IMG/VR virus record: IMGVR_UViG_3300037418_002133
Location: 32,001 to 96,000 of that record
DNA length: 64,000 bases
Strand: one strand, 5' to 3'
Source of the DNA: a virus
Shown: piece by piece, positions 10,140 through 20,622 of the stretch
Layout of the letters: each line of letters opens with the position of its first letter
How positions within the stretch are numbered: the stretch's first letter is position 1
Program-made: the position numbers and the translations under genes
Notes under the pieces: generated by a model
What the model was told of the DNA's origin: nothing
Databases searched by the model: none
Seen by the model: only the letters and a program-made list of their open reading frames with translations

Positions 10140-10585
10140 CCTTCCAGCTCCTTCATGTCACTCATGACCGATTTGATCAGCGCGCTCTCCAGTCGCTTCT
10201 TCGACTCGGCCGCGGCGCGTTCAAGGAATTTGCGGCCGATGTCGACGCCTGGATTGGCGTCGCGTTTGGCAATCGTCTCGGCGCCAGGCTTCATACTTTC
10301 GTAGTTCTCGTGGATCAACGCTGCGTACTGGTCGACATTGACGCCGTCGACGACGCCACCCACGACGATGCTGATCGACAGGCGCCCGCGCGTGCCGTAG
10401 CTCTTTTCGATATGGATGGCCTTTTCCAGATTGTGCTTGTCGACCGGCGCATAGAGCTGCGCCTTTTTGACCACCTTGGCGGCTTCGCGATGCATCACCT
10501 TGCGAGCGTTGTCGGGGACTTTCTGCGCCGCGTGTTCGAACTTAACCAGCAGTTCGTCGAGCCCCGTAACCTTCATATTGATCAT
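10136..10585 (-). CDS. HK97 gp10-like neck/tail protein
   Basis: V.GLDEL, APVDK.NL, YAALIHE, KFLERA. Confidence 0.8.
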   Translation of the reverse strand: MINMKVTGLDELLVKFEHAAQKVPDNARKVMHREAAKVVKKAQLYAPVDKHNLEKAIHIEKSYGTRGRLSISIVVGGVVDGVNVDQYAALIHENYESMKPGAETIAKRDANPGVDIGRKFLERAAAESKKRLESALIKSVMSDMKELEG

Positions 10586-10935
10586 GACGGGTATCGCTCC
10601 AGCGTGACCTCGTAATGGTCGAGCCGGCCGATCACGTCGAACCGCTGCTCAATGCCGACGACCCGCAATACCTCGCCGGCGATCTCAAACTTATCGTCAG
10701 TCTTGATATTGACCCCGACCGGAAACAGGATGACGGCCTTATCGGTCTGTTCCTCGGCGCTGCCGCGTGATCCGCTCTGGTCGGTACGCACCGAACTCTT
10801 GGCGATCTGCCCGATCAGGTGAACGACCGCGCACATGACGCTGACCGGCGCCGCATAGGTGAACTGGCTGTAGAGGTCGCGACGGGTATGCGACGACAGC
10901 TTGCCGGTGTTGTTCGACATGAAAAACACCATCAC
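10582..10935 (-). CDS. Head closure/head-tail joining protein
   Basis: Beta-rich small protein ending LDHYEVTL in the neck module. Confidence 0.6.
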   Translation of the reverse strand: MMVFFMSNNTGKLSSHTRRDLYSQFTYAAPVSVMCAVVHLIGQIAKSSVRTDQSGSRGSAEEQTDKAVILFPVGVNIKTDDKFEIAGEVLRVVGIEQRFDVIGRLDHYEVTLERYPS

Positions 10936-11693
10936 GCGACCCTCGTTAGAACAGCTTCAGAATTAGGGTGAAAGATCACGTCCTTGATCTCGGCGTAGGT
11001 CGGCAGCGTCGAATTCGAGGCGACCGAAATAATCATGCCGTGATTGTCGGACTTGGGATCGCTGTGGTCGATCTGGGCAACGTCGACGCCGTGATCGCTC
11101 AGGGTCAAAAGGACCGCTTCATTGTAGGTCGCAAGCAAATGCTGGCGCCAAACCGAGCGAATAAATTTCCGTGACGGCCAGCGCTGATTGCGGCGATCAT
11201 GAAAGAAGAAGGCCAGTTCGCTCGCGTTGCCGATGCGGTACTGCATCAGAGCGGTTCGCAGCGGAATCCGATTGGCGCGAGCAGCAATCGCCACATGCAG
11301 ATAGGTCGATCGGACCGATTTTTGCAGGAATGCAATGTCGCGCTCGATCTGTACTGAGATTTCGCGCAGCAAATATTCGTTGTTCGCGTTGACGTGCTCG
11401 CTGACTGCGTCCGCAAGTTCTAAGACGTGTTTGTTGCTCAACTGCTGCAACGTCACCCCTTGAGCTTCTAATGCGACGGCGTTCGAGACCTCTTCGATTC
11501 GAGCCGTCTCGTCGTCGAGATAGGTGTGGGCGAGGCGATAGGCTTGAGCAACGATCGAGCGGAGCTGCTTCTCGGAGCCGAAATGGGACTGGTCGAGTGC
11601 GGCGCTGTAGATCGAACGCCAGCCTTCGACCAGAAGACCGTAACGCTGCGACGCGGCATCGGCGTCATTGCTGATAAGTTGCGTGATCCTCAT
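10932..11693 (-). CDS. Hypothetical morphogenesis protein
   Basis: Start MRITQL at 11693 coupled to upstream stop; ends in FHPNS; inside the structural operon. Confidence 0.55.
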   Translation of the reverse strand: MRITQLISNDADAASQRYGLLVEGWRSIYSAALDQSHFGSEKQLRSIVAQAYRLAHTYLDDETARIEEVSNAVALEAQGVTLQQLSNKHVLELADAVSEHVNANNEYLLREISVQIERDIAFLQKSVRSTYLHVAIAARANRIPLRTALMQYRIGNASELAFFFHDRRNQRWPSRKFIRSVWRQHLLATYNEAVLLTLSDHGVDVAQIDHSDPKSDNHGMIISVASNSTLPTYAEIKDVIFHPNSEAVLTRVA

Positions 11694-12478
11694 AGGCGGG
11701 TCAGGGTCACGCGATTGTTGAGCCAGCCGGTTAACCGGTTCATGGTGTCGCGCGACAGCCGGCCCTGAAGCGGCCCGACGCCCGAGCGGAACATCATCTT
11801 GCTTTCGCCGACGGTCCAGGCGAGCAGTCCAGAACGCATCTTGTCGCCGATCACGTCGCCGGCGAGGACTTGATTGGCCTCGATGATCTGCGCGTCCATC
11901 ATCGCGTCGCGGAACTGGACCGGATAGCGCTCGTAGAGATCCGGGGTCATCATCGGCCACATGCGCGGCGACAGACCGGAGGTGTATTCCGGAAACAACA
12001 CGCTTTGCATGTCGGGAAATTCCGGCCACGAAATCACGTAGTTCATCTGGATCAGGCGCTGGAACGCAGCAATCAAAGCCAGTTCCTGGTCGGACCTGGC
12101 GCCGGCGTCGAACGCCGTCAGATTGGGTAGATCGCGCGCCCGATACATCGCCTGCTGATAGGTTTGCAGGGTGTTCTTGAGATAGATCAGGCGCTGCACG
12201 GCGAAGACGCCGTAGACCACTTCCTTGATATAGACGCGCCCGCCGACATTGATAAAGAGTTCGAGCGAATAGCCTCCTGGCTCGTCATGCACGCTGGCCG
12301 GAATAACGATCTCGGTCGACGTACCCGACAAATCGGCAATCGGGGTCAACTGGACGATCCGCACGCCGTCTCCATCAGACACGGCGTAATTCAGCGCGGT
12401 TGGGACGAGGGCATTGCCGGCGTCGTCCTGGAACGGCACCGTCAGAGCAACGTCAGATCCAGCCGGGAAGCCGATCAT
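11690..12478 (-). CDS. Head-tail adaptor-like virion protein
   Basis: Position; AQIIEA..L...SGL...TVGES pattern. Confidence 0.55.
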   Translation of the reverse strand: MIGFPAGSDVALTVPFQDDAGNALVPTALNYAVSDGDGVRIVQLTPIADLSGTSTEIVIPASVHDEPGGYSLELFINVGGRVYIKEVVYGVFAVQRLIYLKNTLQTYQQAMYRARDLPNLTAFDAGARSDQELALIAAFQRLIQMNYVISWPEFPDMQSVLFPEYTSGLSPRMWPMMTPDLYERYPVQFRDAMMDAQIIEANQVLAGDVIGDKMRSGLLAWTVGESKMMFRSGVGPLQGRLSRDTMNRLTGWLNNRVTLTRL

Positions 12479-13248
12479 TAGGTTGCTCCGTCAATCTTGG
12501 TGTAGTCGATCGAGGTCACGCCATTGGTCAGATCGATCGTCACCGCGCCGTCGGGCGATGTCAGAAGCTCCGGATTGATCACAGGCTTGGTGTTCGGGTC
12601 GGTGTGAACCGGCTTACCGTCGGGGCCGATGGCATTCGGCGTGGTCTCGGCATCGCGCAATAGATTGCCGACCAGGCGGGCTTGCTTGTCGATCTCCGCC
12701 TCGTGCTCCTTCTGAAGTCGCAGCGTTTCGGCAACCGCAGCCTCGCGGCGCCGCTTGGCGATCGCCTCGCGTTCGTCGACCCGCGCCATGTATTCGCTTT
12801 GGGCCTTCAGAATCTCGAAGATCAGGTTGTTGATGGCACGATCACGCACGCCCCACAGGTCGCCAATGGCGCGAAGACCCTTGATGCCTTCGAGTTCGGC
12901 GATCGCCTCCAGCTCCTGCTTGGTATAGATGCGCTGGGCCGGATTGCGCAGCGCCCGCGCGAGAGCGTCGCGACGTTCCTGGCGCAGCTCAGCCGGCGTC
13001 ATCCGATCGAGCGGCTCGGGAATTTCGATCTCGACATGCTTCATGTTGAGATAGCGGGCGATCGGACCGGCCTCTCCTTCCGGCACGCCGTTTTCATCGA
13101 CGATCTCGGCCGGAAGCATCGAGGCGATGCGATCCATCACGTTGCGCGGCAACGGTTCGACCGAGACGCCGTCGACGAACTGCACCATGCAGAATTCGCC
13201 GGTGTATTTCTTCCATCCCTTCGCCGTAAAACGCAGGTGATTGGCCAT
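12478..13248 (-). CDS. Hypothetical virion-associated protein
   Basis: YTG....VQFVDGVS N-terminus; YTKQELEAIAE..GIKGLR helical module. Confidence 0.55.
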   Translation of the reverse strand: MANHLRFTAKGWKKYTGEFCMVQFVDGVSVEPLPRNVMDRIASMLPAEIVDENGVPEGEAGPIARYLNMKHVEIEIPEPLDRMTPAELRQERRDALARALRNPAQRIYTKQELEAIAELEGIKGLRAIGDLWGVRDRAINNLIFEILKAQSEYMARVDEREAIAKRRREAAVAETLRLQKEHEAEIDKQARLVGNLLRDAETTPNAIGPDGKPVHTDPNTKPVINPELLTSPDGAVTIDLTNGVTSIDYTKIDGAT

Positions 13249-13508
13249 TATTGTGCTCCAAGGAGTTTGCGAACAACGGCGTCGGCATCCCGGAATTCGG
13301 TGAAGCCGCCGACGTGGTGTTCTGCGATGAAAATCTGGGGGACTGTTTCGGGCTGTTCGCCGAGGCGTTCGACCAGCTCCTGCATGATCAGAGGATCACG
13401 GCCGACATCGTGGTAGACGTAGGGATAGTGATTGCGTTCACAGTGCGCGACCGCTGCCGCGCAGAAACGGCAGTCGTCCCTGCCGTAGATCTCGACCTTA
13501 TGGGTCAT
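13248..13508 (-). CDS. grx: Glutaredoxin
   Basis: CRFC, TVPQIFI, HVGGFTE. Confidence 0.92.
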   Translation of the reverse strand: MTHKVEIYGRDDCRFCAAAVAHCERNHYPYVYHDVGRDPLIMQELVERLGEQPETVPQIFIAEHHVGGFTEFRDADAVVRKLLGAQ

Positions 13509-13525
13509 GGAATTCCCTAGTCAGC

Positions 13526-13553
13526 AAAATGGGGCGAGGTTTCCCTCGCCCCA
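13526..13553 (-). terminator. Terminator after major capsid gene
   Basis: TGGGGCGAGG-GAAA-CCTCGCCCCA-TTTT on minus strand. Confidence 0.8.
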
Positions 13554-13586
13554 CAACTATAAGTCAGAACTGACTTATATTCAAGA

Positions 13587-14495
13587 TTAAGCGGACAGAA
13601 CGCCCTTCAGACGAGCCAGAGCCAGCGTGGACTTCAGCGCGGTCGAGACGTACCACTTGACACGGTAGCGGACAGCATCCTTGTTCTGGATGGTGCCGAT
13701 CTCCTCGACCTTGAGGCCCGCCGCCTCGCCGCCCACGATGCCGTGGAAGCCGTTCGCGGTGTTGAGCTTCATCGCGTAGATGGAGGTCGTGTCGTTGTTG
13801 GTGCCCTGGACTTCGTCATCACCGATGAAATCGTTGATGATGATCGGGGTGCCGTCGTAGGCCGGAATCGGGAAACCGAAGTTCTCCCGCATCACAGTCT
13901 CGGACGTGTTGCCGCCCATGGCGCGGATCAGCATCTTGACCGAACGCCAGGTCGACTGCCGCATCATGAAGCAGTCGGCGCCGATGGTGACGGCATCCTT
14001 CAGCTCATCGAGGGCATGGAGGGTGATTGCGCCGCCGTTCGCGCCGGCCACCAGGGTCTGTGACGCCGGGGTCAGCACCTTGACGCCGTTGAACTCCTTG
14101 TTCACGTCGTTGGTGCCACCAACGCCGTTGATCAGCGAGTTCTTGAACTGGCGAGTCACAGCCTTCGACTTCGCTGAAAGCTGTTCGGCGAGCTGCTGGT
14201 TGTGGTCGGACTGGGTGGAGAGCAGGAACTTGTCCATGTCGACGTCGCCAGCGATGATGCGCAGACGGGTCGTGACAGGGGTGAACGTCGCGGCGCCTTC
14301 CGGCACGACGTCGTAGGGATCCAGGAACGCGCCCTCGGAAATGGTGTTCTCACGATTGTAGTCGTAAGACTTTCCGTTGACGGTCATGAACGGGAAGATC
14401 GCAAACAGCTCCTCGCGGTCGATGATCTCCTCGATCACACCACGCTCAAGCTGGCTCTGCGAGAGCTTGGCGGCTTCTTCAACAAGCAACGGCAT
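13587..14495 (-). CDS. Major capsid protein
   Basis: 302 aa after scaffold; Y.YNRE, GDVDMDKF, RYRVKWY, ARLKGV. Confidence 0.9.
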   Translation of the reverse strand: MPLLVEEAAKLSQSQLERGVIEEIIDREELFAIFPFMTVNGKSYDYNRENTISEGAFLDPYDVVPEGAATFTPVTTRLRIIAGDVDMDKFLLSTQSDHNQQLAEQLSAKSKAVTRQFKNSLINGVGGTNDVNKEFNGVKVLTPASQTLVAGANGGAITLHALDELKDAVTIGADCFMMRQSTWRSVKMLIRAMGGNTSETVMRENFGFPIPAYDGTPIIINDFIGDDEVQGTNNDTTSIYAMKLNTANGFHGIVGGEAAGLKVEEIGTIQNKDAVRYRVKWYVSTALKSTLALARLKGVLSA

Positions 14496-14652
14496 TTTTG
14501 TAACTCCTCAAGGAAAAGATCGCCGTGAAAACTGAGATCAGGTGTGACCTACGAATGTAAGTCAGTTCTGACTTACATAAGTGTATCGCGGCGATCGCGT
14601 TTCTCCAAGGACAAAATGCCTATACTGGCCAAAAAATCCTAGAAAGAGGTTT

Positions 14653-15609
14653 TTATGCCTTTTTCTTGATCGCGCCGGCTTCCAGAGCTGCCTGAATGCG
14701 GGCCATGCCGGTCGGGCCGGTTGCCTTGCGTTCGGCCTCGCGCTGGCGCGCGCTGACGTCGAGCGTCTTGGTGCTGGATCCCGGCATCAGCTTCGAACGC
14801 AGCAACTGATCCTTGTCCGGACTTGCCTCGATGATCTTCTTGATCGCATCCTCGAACGGCATCGGTTCGCCCGAACCATTAACCAGCTTGGTGCGATTGG
14901 CGGCGCCGCGCGGCTTGTCGTAACCGACCGGCTTGCGGTCCTCGACGTCGAAGTATTCGCCGAAGATCTTTCGCGCGTAGGTCGGCGTAAGGATCAGTTC
15001 GTCCTTGATGTAGGACGAATTGCTGAACGAAGCGCCGACGGTCAGATCGTTGATGGCGTTCTGAGCCTGCTCCAGCGCTGTCTTGGTCGTGGTCACCTCG
15101 GTCGCCAGACTTTCGGTTTCCTTCTTATGCTCCTCGACCATCATCGCCTTGAGGCGATCGAACTCGCCGGCCTTGCGCAGGTTCTCTTCCTCCGCGGCCT
15201 TCTTCGCAGCCTCGGCGGCATTCGATGCCGCGACCAGCTCCTTGACCTTCTCGGGATCGAGACCCTCGAACGCCTTCAGCTTTGCAGCCGCCTCTTCGGC
15301 CTTCTTGGTCGCCTCTTCGAGCTTGGCCTTGGTCGCCATCTGCTCCTTGAGCAGCTTGGCTTCGTTGTCGGTCAGGTTGCTCCGGCGCGCCGCATCTTCG
15401 GCCGCGGCCTTGTCAGCGGCTTCCTTCGCAGTCTTGTCAGCCGCTTCCTTTGCAGTGCGATCAGCAGCTTCCTTTGCTGCGGCCGCAGCAGCCGCGGCAG
15501 CGGCGTCACCGTCGGTATTCTCCGGATCCATCAGGAAGCGCGGGCCGAAGGAGCGCTGCATCATCGAAATGTGGCCAGCGTGAACGGGGGTATTGGGTGT
15601 CTTGATCAT
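14653..15609 (-). CDS. Capsid scaffold protein
   Basis: Ala/Lys/Glu coiled coil between portal and capsid. Confidence 0.75.
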   Translation of the reverse strand: MIKTPNTPVHAGHISMMQRSFGPRFLMDPENTDGDAAAAAAAAAAKEAADRTAKEAADKTAKEAADKAAAEDAARRSNLTDNEAKLLKEQMATKAKLEEATKKAEEAAAKLKAFEGLDPEKVKELVAASNAAEAAKKAAEEENLRKAGEFDRLKAMMVEEHKKETESLATEVTTTKTALEQAQNAINDLTVGASFSNSSYIKDELILTPTYARKIFGEYFDVEDRKPVGYDKPRGAANRTKLVNGSGEPMPFEDAIKKIIEASPDKDQLLRSKLMPGSSTKTLDVSARQREAERKATGPTGMARIQAALEAGAIKKKA

Positions 15610-15687
15610 AAGAACCAGTCTCTCGGTCTTGTGTGAATGGAAGCGCAGTCTCTCGGCTTCCGGGGAACGGATCGGAATCGATCCGAA

Positions 15688-17286
15688 TTACTTGGTCTGG
15701 GAAGTAACCTGACCTTGACGATTTGCCGTCTGCGGGTTTTTTGCGCTCGGCTTGTTCATCTTGACGCCCTTAGTGGGGAAGCGCGCCGTCTGCGACGTGC
15801 CGCCCAGCGTCGAGGAAACCATCGCGTCAAGACTCGGAGGCCAGGACTTGAGATCCTGCTCCATCTTGGCGCGAATGTCGGACGCCAGCCGCGGAAACAG
15901 CTTGTCGATCACCTGTTTCATCTGCTCCTGACGAACACTATCCGGAGCACTGACCAGCGCCAGGCGCTCGGCGACGGTGAATTCGTCGAACAGGGAGCGA
16001 ACGTCGAATGTGTCCGGATACTTCACCAGCTCGTTTTCAGGCTCGATCGCGGACTTCGAATTCCACAATAGAACCATGTCGACCAGCTTGTTCTCGACGT
16101 TCTCCAAAGCGTCGGCCTTGGAGGTCAACAGACTGTTCATCCGCTCGAAATCATATGCCTTGGCGACGCCGGAAGAGTTGTCGATGCCCATGGCATTGTC
16201 TTCCTTGGTGCGCTCGCCGGCCATGCCGATGGTGTGGTAAATCTCGCTGATGATCTTGTTGATCACGGTGAGAATAACGTTCGCCTGCTTTGGATCGGGC
16301 GACAGGAAGAACGGCTTTGCATTGCCTTCGCCATCGTAGACGAAGGCGCGCTTGGTGCTCATTTCGAGCAACTGATCGTATTCCGCCGTTCCCGGTGTGA
16401 TCGCTTGTGCCGGCATCGCCAGTTGCGAAAATGTCTGATCCTGAATGATCGCGTCGAGGTTCGACAGATAGTTGGCGACGGCGCGGTCGAGATAGGCGAT
16501 ATCGTTGATCAGCGCCGGCGAACTGTATCGATTGTCGTTGACGACATGCGGTGTCTTGAAGCCCGGCACGACCCCGAGATTGTGCTCGATGGTGCCGAGG
16601 TCGACCACCTGCGGCACGCGCAGTTTACCGCCGCGCGGTCCCTCGTATTGGATTTTGAAGGTGCGGCTGTAGGTCTGGGTCCACAGCACGTAATGCGGCT
16701 CGATCTCGCCAGTCGACTTGATTGGATCCTTGTCGTCACGGATCCAGGTGCGAACCAGCACCCAGAGCAGTTCGCCCTCGTCGGAATATCCCATGTCGAG
16801 AACGTCTTGCGGCTTGACGATATAGGCGTAAACCCGTGCCTTGGCTTTCTTCTGGTCGGCAACCGAGAGAATTTCACCGGTGCGATTGGTATCGGTGAAC
16901 ACCCACGGGCAACCCAGAATCGATGCCGAGGTCGAGACCAGCTTCATGAACTGGCTGATGTCAAGGCCCGACAAGGTCGACTGATGCCAGAAATCCTTCA
17001 CCACCTGCTCGGCGTCTTCGCCGCGTGCGATGGTCGACTTGAAGATGTATTTCTGCACCAGATCGGTGCATTCGCGCGTGTGATTGAAGCGATAGCAGCG
17101 CTCCACGCGCTCCTTGAATTCCTTTTTGCCTTCCTTGAGATAGCGGAAGATATTGCCGTCGGTGAACCACTCGCGCCCACCCCGGTAGGTCGATTCCAGG
17201 AAATTCCATTGCGGCAGCATTTCCTCGTATTCGGGATGCCGTCGCTCCAGAAATTCCAGCAACTCTTTGTTTTCGTCGGGGGTCAT
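15688..17286 (-). CDS. Portal protein
   Basis: HPEY, YRGG, SGVAKAYDF; follows terL; start MTPDENK at 17286. Confidence 0.88.
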   Translation of the reverse strand: MTPDENKELLEFLERRHPEYEEMLPQWNFLESTYRGGREWFTDGNIFRYLKEGKKEFKERVERCYRFNHTRECTDLVQKYIFKSTIARGEDAEQVVKDFWHQSTLSGLDISQFMKLVSTSASILGCPWVFTDTNRTGEILSVADQKKAKARVYAYIVKPQDVLDMGYSDEGELLWVLVRTWIRDDKDPIKSTGEIEPHYVLWTQTYSRTFKIQYEGPRGGKLRVPQVVDLGTIEHNLGVVPGFKTPHVVNDNRYSSPALINDIAYLDRAVANYLSNLDAIIQDQTFSQLAMPAQAITPGTAEYDQLLEMSTKRAFVYDGEGNAKPFFLSPDPKQANVILTVINKIISEIYHTIGMAGERTKEDNAMGIDNSSGVAKAYDFERMNSLLTSKADALENVENKLVDMVLLWNSKSAIEPENELVKYPDTFDVRSLFDEFTVAERLALVSAPDSVRQEQMKQVIDKLFPRLASDIRAKMEQDLKSWPPSLDAMVSSTLGGTSQTARFPTKGVKMNKPSAKNPQTANRQGQVTSQTK

Positions 17287-17347
17287 GTGCTCAAAGGGTG
17301 AGAGACAATGGAGATAAATATAAGTCAGTTCTGACTTAATCTCAAGG

Positions 17348-18619
17348 TTAAATGGACAAGCCCAGGATTTTGACCTTGCGGACCGGGAAATTGTACTCGA
17401 TGCAGTAGCCGACGGCGTCCGCCGGATGCTCGAAGCCCTGGCTCTTGTCGACCTGGTCTGTGCCTGGCTTGTAAATCGTCTGTTCAAACGCCGCGATGGT
17501 GTGCTTGCAGTTCTGGTCGACCTTCAGCCGCACAGTGCCGTCACCGTCCTTAAACATGCGATTAACGGCGTTGACGCGATCGGCGACGCGCGGGTGTTTA
17601 CGGTGATGCAGGATTCGCTCAAAACCCGCCTCACGCAGAATGTCGAGGTCCGACTTGCCGCGACCTTTGGTCGTGCCGGCGGCGCCAGCCGGGTCCGGGA
17701 AGATTGTCGAGGTCTTCATCCAGCGGAAATAGCGCCGGGCCAGCTCGTCGGATGCCTCCTGGGTGTTCGACGACGCCAGCACCGCCTCGTCGACGATCCA
17801 CACCTCGCCGTTCTTCTGCGGCTGCATGATGACGCAGGACATCGGGTCGATGTTGAAGTCCATGCCGATCCAGATCGGCAACTTCGGATTGAACTTGTAT
17901 TTGCCGACGTGAATCTGGCGATCGAAGGCGTAATAGACCCGCCCCGACATGGTCTCGAAGCTCGCCTCGAACTCCTGGCGGAACGACTTTTCGTCCATGT
18001 CGTGCCGCGCGGCCGCAATTTCCGATCGCGGAATGAACGGCGAGGTAATGGTCGGAAACTGCCAGCTTTTCCAGTCGTTTAGCTTCGCCCTGCCCTTCTT
18101 TGTGCGATAGACCTCGCCGCGCTGGCCCATGACGTAAACGTCGTGCAGCCAGTTGAACGCCTTTGGCGTGCCGATGATAATGGTCTCACCGGATTTATCC
18201 GCCAGCGCCGGGCGCAGAATCTTGAAATAGGTGTCGCGATCGATGTCCTGAGCCTCGTCGATGATCAGAAGGTTGAGGCCCATACCGCGCAGGCTGTCCG
18301 GATTGTCGGCGCCTTTCAGTTCGATCCTGGTGCCGTTGTGCAGCCGGATCTCCATGCGGGTCTGATTGTAGGATTCGACCCACGCGCGCGGGATCGCCTC
18401 CTTCAGATCGTCCCAGAGAATGCCGCGCGCCATCGCGTAGGTCGGCGCCACGTACCAGATGATCTGCTTCGGGATGCAGGCGCGCTTGCAGATGATCAGC
18501 TTGCTCAGGGCGGTCTTGCCCCAGCGTCGGCCGGCAACGACAACGCGGTTGCGGTGCGTGTCGGAGAAGACCGTGCGCTGGCCTTTGTGCATCTTGAGAA
18601 GGACGGCGGGGGCGCTCAT
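17348..18619 (-). CDS. terL: Terminase large subunit
   Basis: AGRRWGKT Walker A, LIIDE Walker B, GTPK, GMDFN, DAVGY nuclease motifs. Confidence 0.95.
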   Translation of the reverse strand: MSAPAVLLKMHKGQRTVFSDTHRNRVVVAGRRWGKTALSKLIICKRACIPKQIIWYVAPTYAMARGILWDDLKEAIPRAWVESYNQTRMEIRLHNGTRIELKGADNPDSLRGMGLNLLIIDEAQDIDRDTYFKILRPALADKSGETIIIGTPKAFNWLHDVYVMGQRGEVYRTKKGRAKLNDWKSWQFPTITSPFIPRSEIAAARHDMDEKSFRQEFEASFETMSGRVYYAFDRQIHVGKYKFNPKLPIWIGMDFNIDPMSCVIMQPQKNGEVWIVDEAVLASSNTQEASDELARRYFRWMKTSTIFPDPAGAAGTTKGRGKSDLDILREAGFERILHHRKHPRVADRVNAVNRMFKDGDGTVRLKVDQNCKHTIAAFEQTIYKPGTDQVDKSQGFEHPADAVGYCIEYNFPVRKVKILGLSI

Positions 18620-19311
18620 GACGTTGGCGTATCCAACTCCATGTCGCCAAAGTCCTCGGCATCATCGCCATCATCGTCGTCGCTCTCGCGCGACGCCATT
18701 TCGTCAAGTTCGTCCTGATTGAGATCCTGGAATTGCAGGCGCGGCAGCGCCTTTTCGTCGACGTCCTTCTCGATGTCGAGCAGACGCCAGCGATTGTTCG
18801 TCATGATTTCGATCAGTTTTTCGATGCGTTGCAGTGCCTTGATGTCTGCGTCGGCGTTCGCCGGAGTTATGGCGCCGTCGGCGATCGCCTTCTGAATCTT
18901 CATCAGCGACGCCTGGTTGTTTCGCGAATGCAGGTACAGCGTCTCACGGCTCTGTTCGATCCGGCCGCGGCGCTTGCTCTCAAAAGTGGTGACCGTCACC
19001 GCGCCGTCTTCGACCTTGGTTGCGACAGCCGCAGCCATTTTCGCCGCGAGCAGGTGTCGCTTCGAGCCCTTCTTGATCAGCCGTCCCTTCATCGCGGCTC
19101 GCCGGATATGCTTGGACAGCGCCGGCATAGTGATCTTGTATTTCTCCAGGATCTCGCCGGTCTTCAGCGTTCCGTATTCGTAATGATCCTCGATCTCGCG
19201 CCACTCTTCCGCGGTCAGCCGTCGGCGCGCAGCACCTTCATCGGTCGCCGCAGCGTCCAATTCCGATGTCACGTCGGTCGTTTCGTCCGTGATGTCTGCT
19301 TCATCCATCAT
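18616..19311 (-). CDS. terS: Terminase small subunit
   Basis: HTH-like N-terminus, acidic tail, immediately upstream of terL. Confidence 0.7.
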   Translation of the reverse strand: MMDEADITDETTDVTSELDAAATDEGAARRRLTAEEWREIEDHYEYGTLKTGEILEKYKITMPALSKHIRRAAMKGRLIKKGSKRHLLAAKMAAAVATKVEDGAVTVTTFESKRRGRIEQSRETLYLHSRNNQASLMKIQKAIADGAITPANADADIKALQRIEKLIEIMTNNRWRLLDIEKDVDEKALPRLQFQDLNQDELDEMASRESDDDDGDDAEDFGDMELDTPTS

Positions 19312-19412
19312 GTAAGTCAGTTCTGACTTGTAATTGAGCCGAGTCCCATGCGTTTTCGAGCCGTCTCTTCACTATAGGTATAGATATATATCTCTACTAA
19401 GAATCTAGATTA

Positions 19413-19712
19413 TTAGTGGAGAGCTTCGCCATCTTCCGGAACTGGATCCGGCGTTGCCATGAAGACGGTAAATCCTTTTGTCGTTGGCGCGATCGTGGCG
19501 CTCCGGTTGCCGTGCCTGGTCGTGGCGATCATGCCGTGTCGCTCCAGCGCGCGCAGCGAACAGGTGATCGCCTGTTTACTGACCGGGCCGTATGACACGC
19601 CGGCACAAAGATCGTTGGTGGTGATCTCTACGCCGGTTGACGTTGCCTCGCAGATCAGCCGCATGATCTCGCGTTGTTTCCGGGAATTGGCAAATTCGTT
19701 TCGCGCCGGCAT
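19413..19712 (-). CDS. Winged-helix DNA-binding protein
   Basis: KQREIM..I...SKQAITCSLRALERHGMI..T..G wHTH pattern. Confidence 0.7.
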   Translation of the reverse strand: MPARNEFANSRKQREIMRLICEATSTGVEITTNDLCAGVSYGPVSKQAITCSLRALERHGMIATTRHGNRSATIAPTTKGFTVFMATPDPVPEDGEALH

Positions 19713-20620
19713 TACTCGCCTCGGAACGGCGCGTTAGGCGCCTGTCGGTCGAATGCGGTAAGGGGAAGACGCTGGGGAATGGTGCCGTGACGATCCGGAT
19801 TGGTCCAGATGCCGTACATTGGCGAAGCCAGCACAATCTGCTGGAGCCCCTTAATGATAGTCCTTTCGGACATGGCGTCAACCCTGCCCTGTCCGCGGTC
19901 GCGATTGTTGCCAGTCTTCTCAAGCGCGGAATGGCGATAGTAGAAGTCCTTGCAGAGCTGCAACAAACGCTCGCGCTCGGCCGGCGGTTTGGCTTGCAGC
20001 TCGGCCAGGATTGCCTCGAAATCCTGCGGACTGCTCTCGAAATGGGTCCGGAAGAACTTCAGCCCGATCTCGTATTTGTTGGCGTTCAACGGGCGCACGA
20101 AGCGAAAGCCCGCCTTCTGGCCGAACAGATTGAACTTCGACATCGAGGACTGGATCTCCATGAAGGTGTTGCCCTCCATGCGCGAGACCAGGTTCATCAT
20201 CCGGTAGCCGCAGCCGATGCCGCGATACATGGTGTCCACGACGAACCGCGAGACCACACGGAAGTTCTTGTTGATGAACTTGTACCGATAGGTGTTGGTG
20301 ATCTTGGTGTCGCCGGCGCCAGGCTTGAGATTCTTGAACACCAGATGCCGCTCCTTGAGCAGCCCCTTCGGGTTGCCGGTGACCAGCACGCCAATGGTCT
20401 CGCCGAACAGCGTCAGTTTCCAGAAATGCGGCCCGATCGGCAGGTTTTCCGCCTTGTAGTGAAGATCGTGCAGCAGATTCCAGTCAGAAATGTCTCCCTT
20501 CTCGACAAACATGCTCTCAAGCAGCGGGAAACAGGGCGCCGGTGCGTCCACACGCTCTATCAGCGTATCATATGCGTCAGCACTCTCGGACGCACCGGTG
20601 AGCTTCTCTGCGAACGGCAT
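19712..20620 (-). CDS. GNAT-fold acyltransferase-like protein
   Basis: LHY; ISRFVVDTMYRGIGCG-type acyl-CoA motif A (VSRFVVDTMYRGIGCG); MSKFN.F..KAGF. Confidence 0.75.
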   Translation of the reverse strand: MPFAEKLTGASESADAYDTLIERVDAPAPCFPLLESMFVEKGDISDWNLLHDLHYKAENLPIGPHFWKLTLFGETIGVLVTGNPKGLLKERHLVFKNLKPGAGDTKITNTYRYKFINKNFRVVSRFVVDTMYRGIGCGYRMMNLVSRMEGNTFMEIQSSMSKFNLFGQKAGFRFVRPLNANKYEIGLKFFRTHFESSPQDFEAILAELQAKPPAERERLLQLCKDFYYRHSALEKTGNNRDRGQGRVDAMSERTIIKGLQQIVLASPMYGIWTNPDRHGTIPQRLPLTAFDRQAPNAPFRGE

Positions 20621-20622
20621 GG

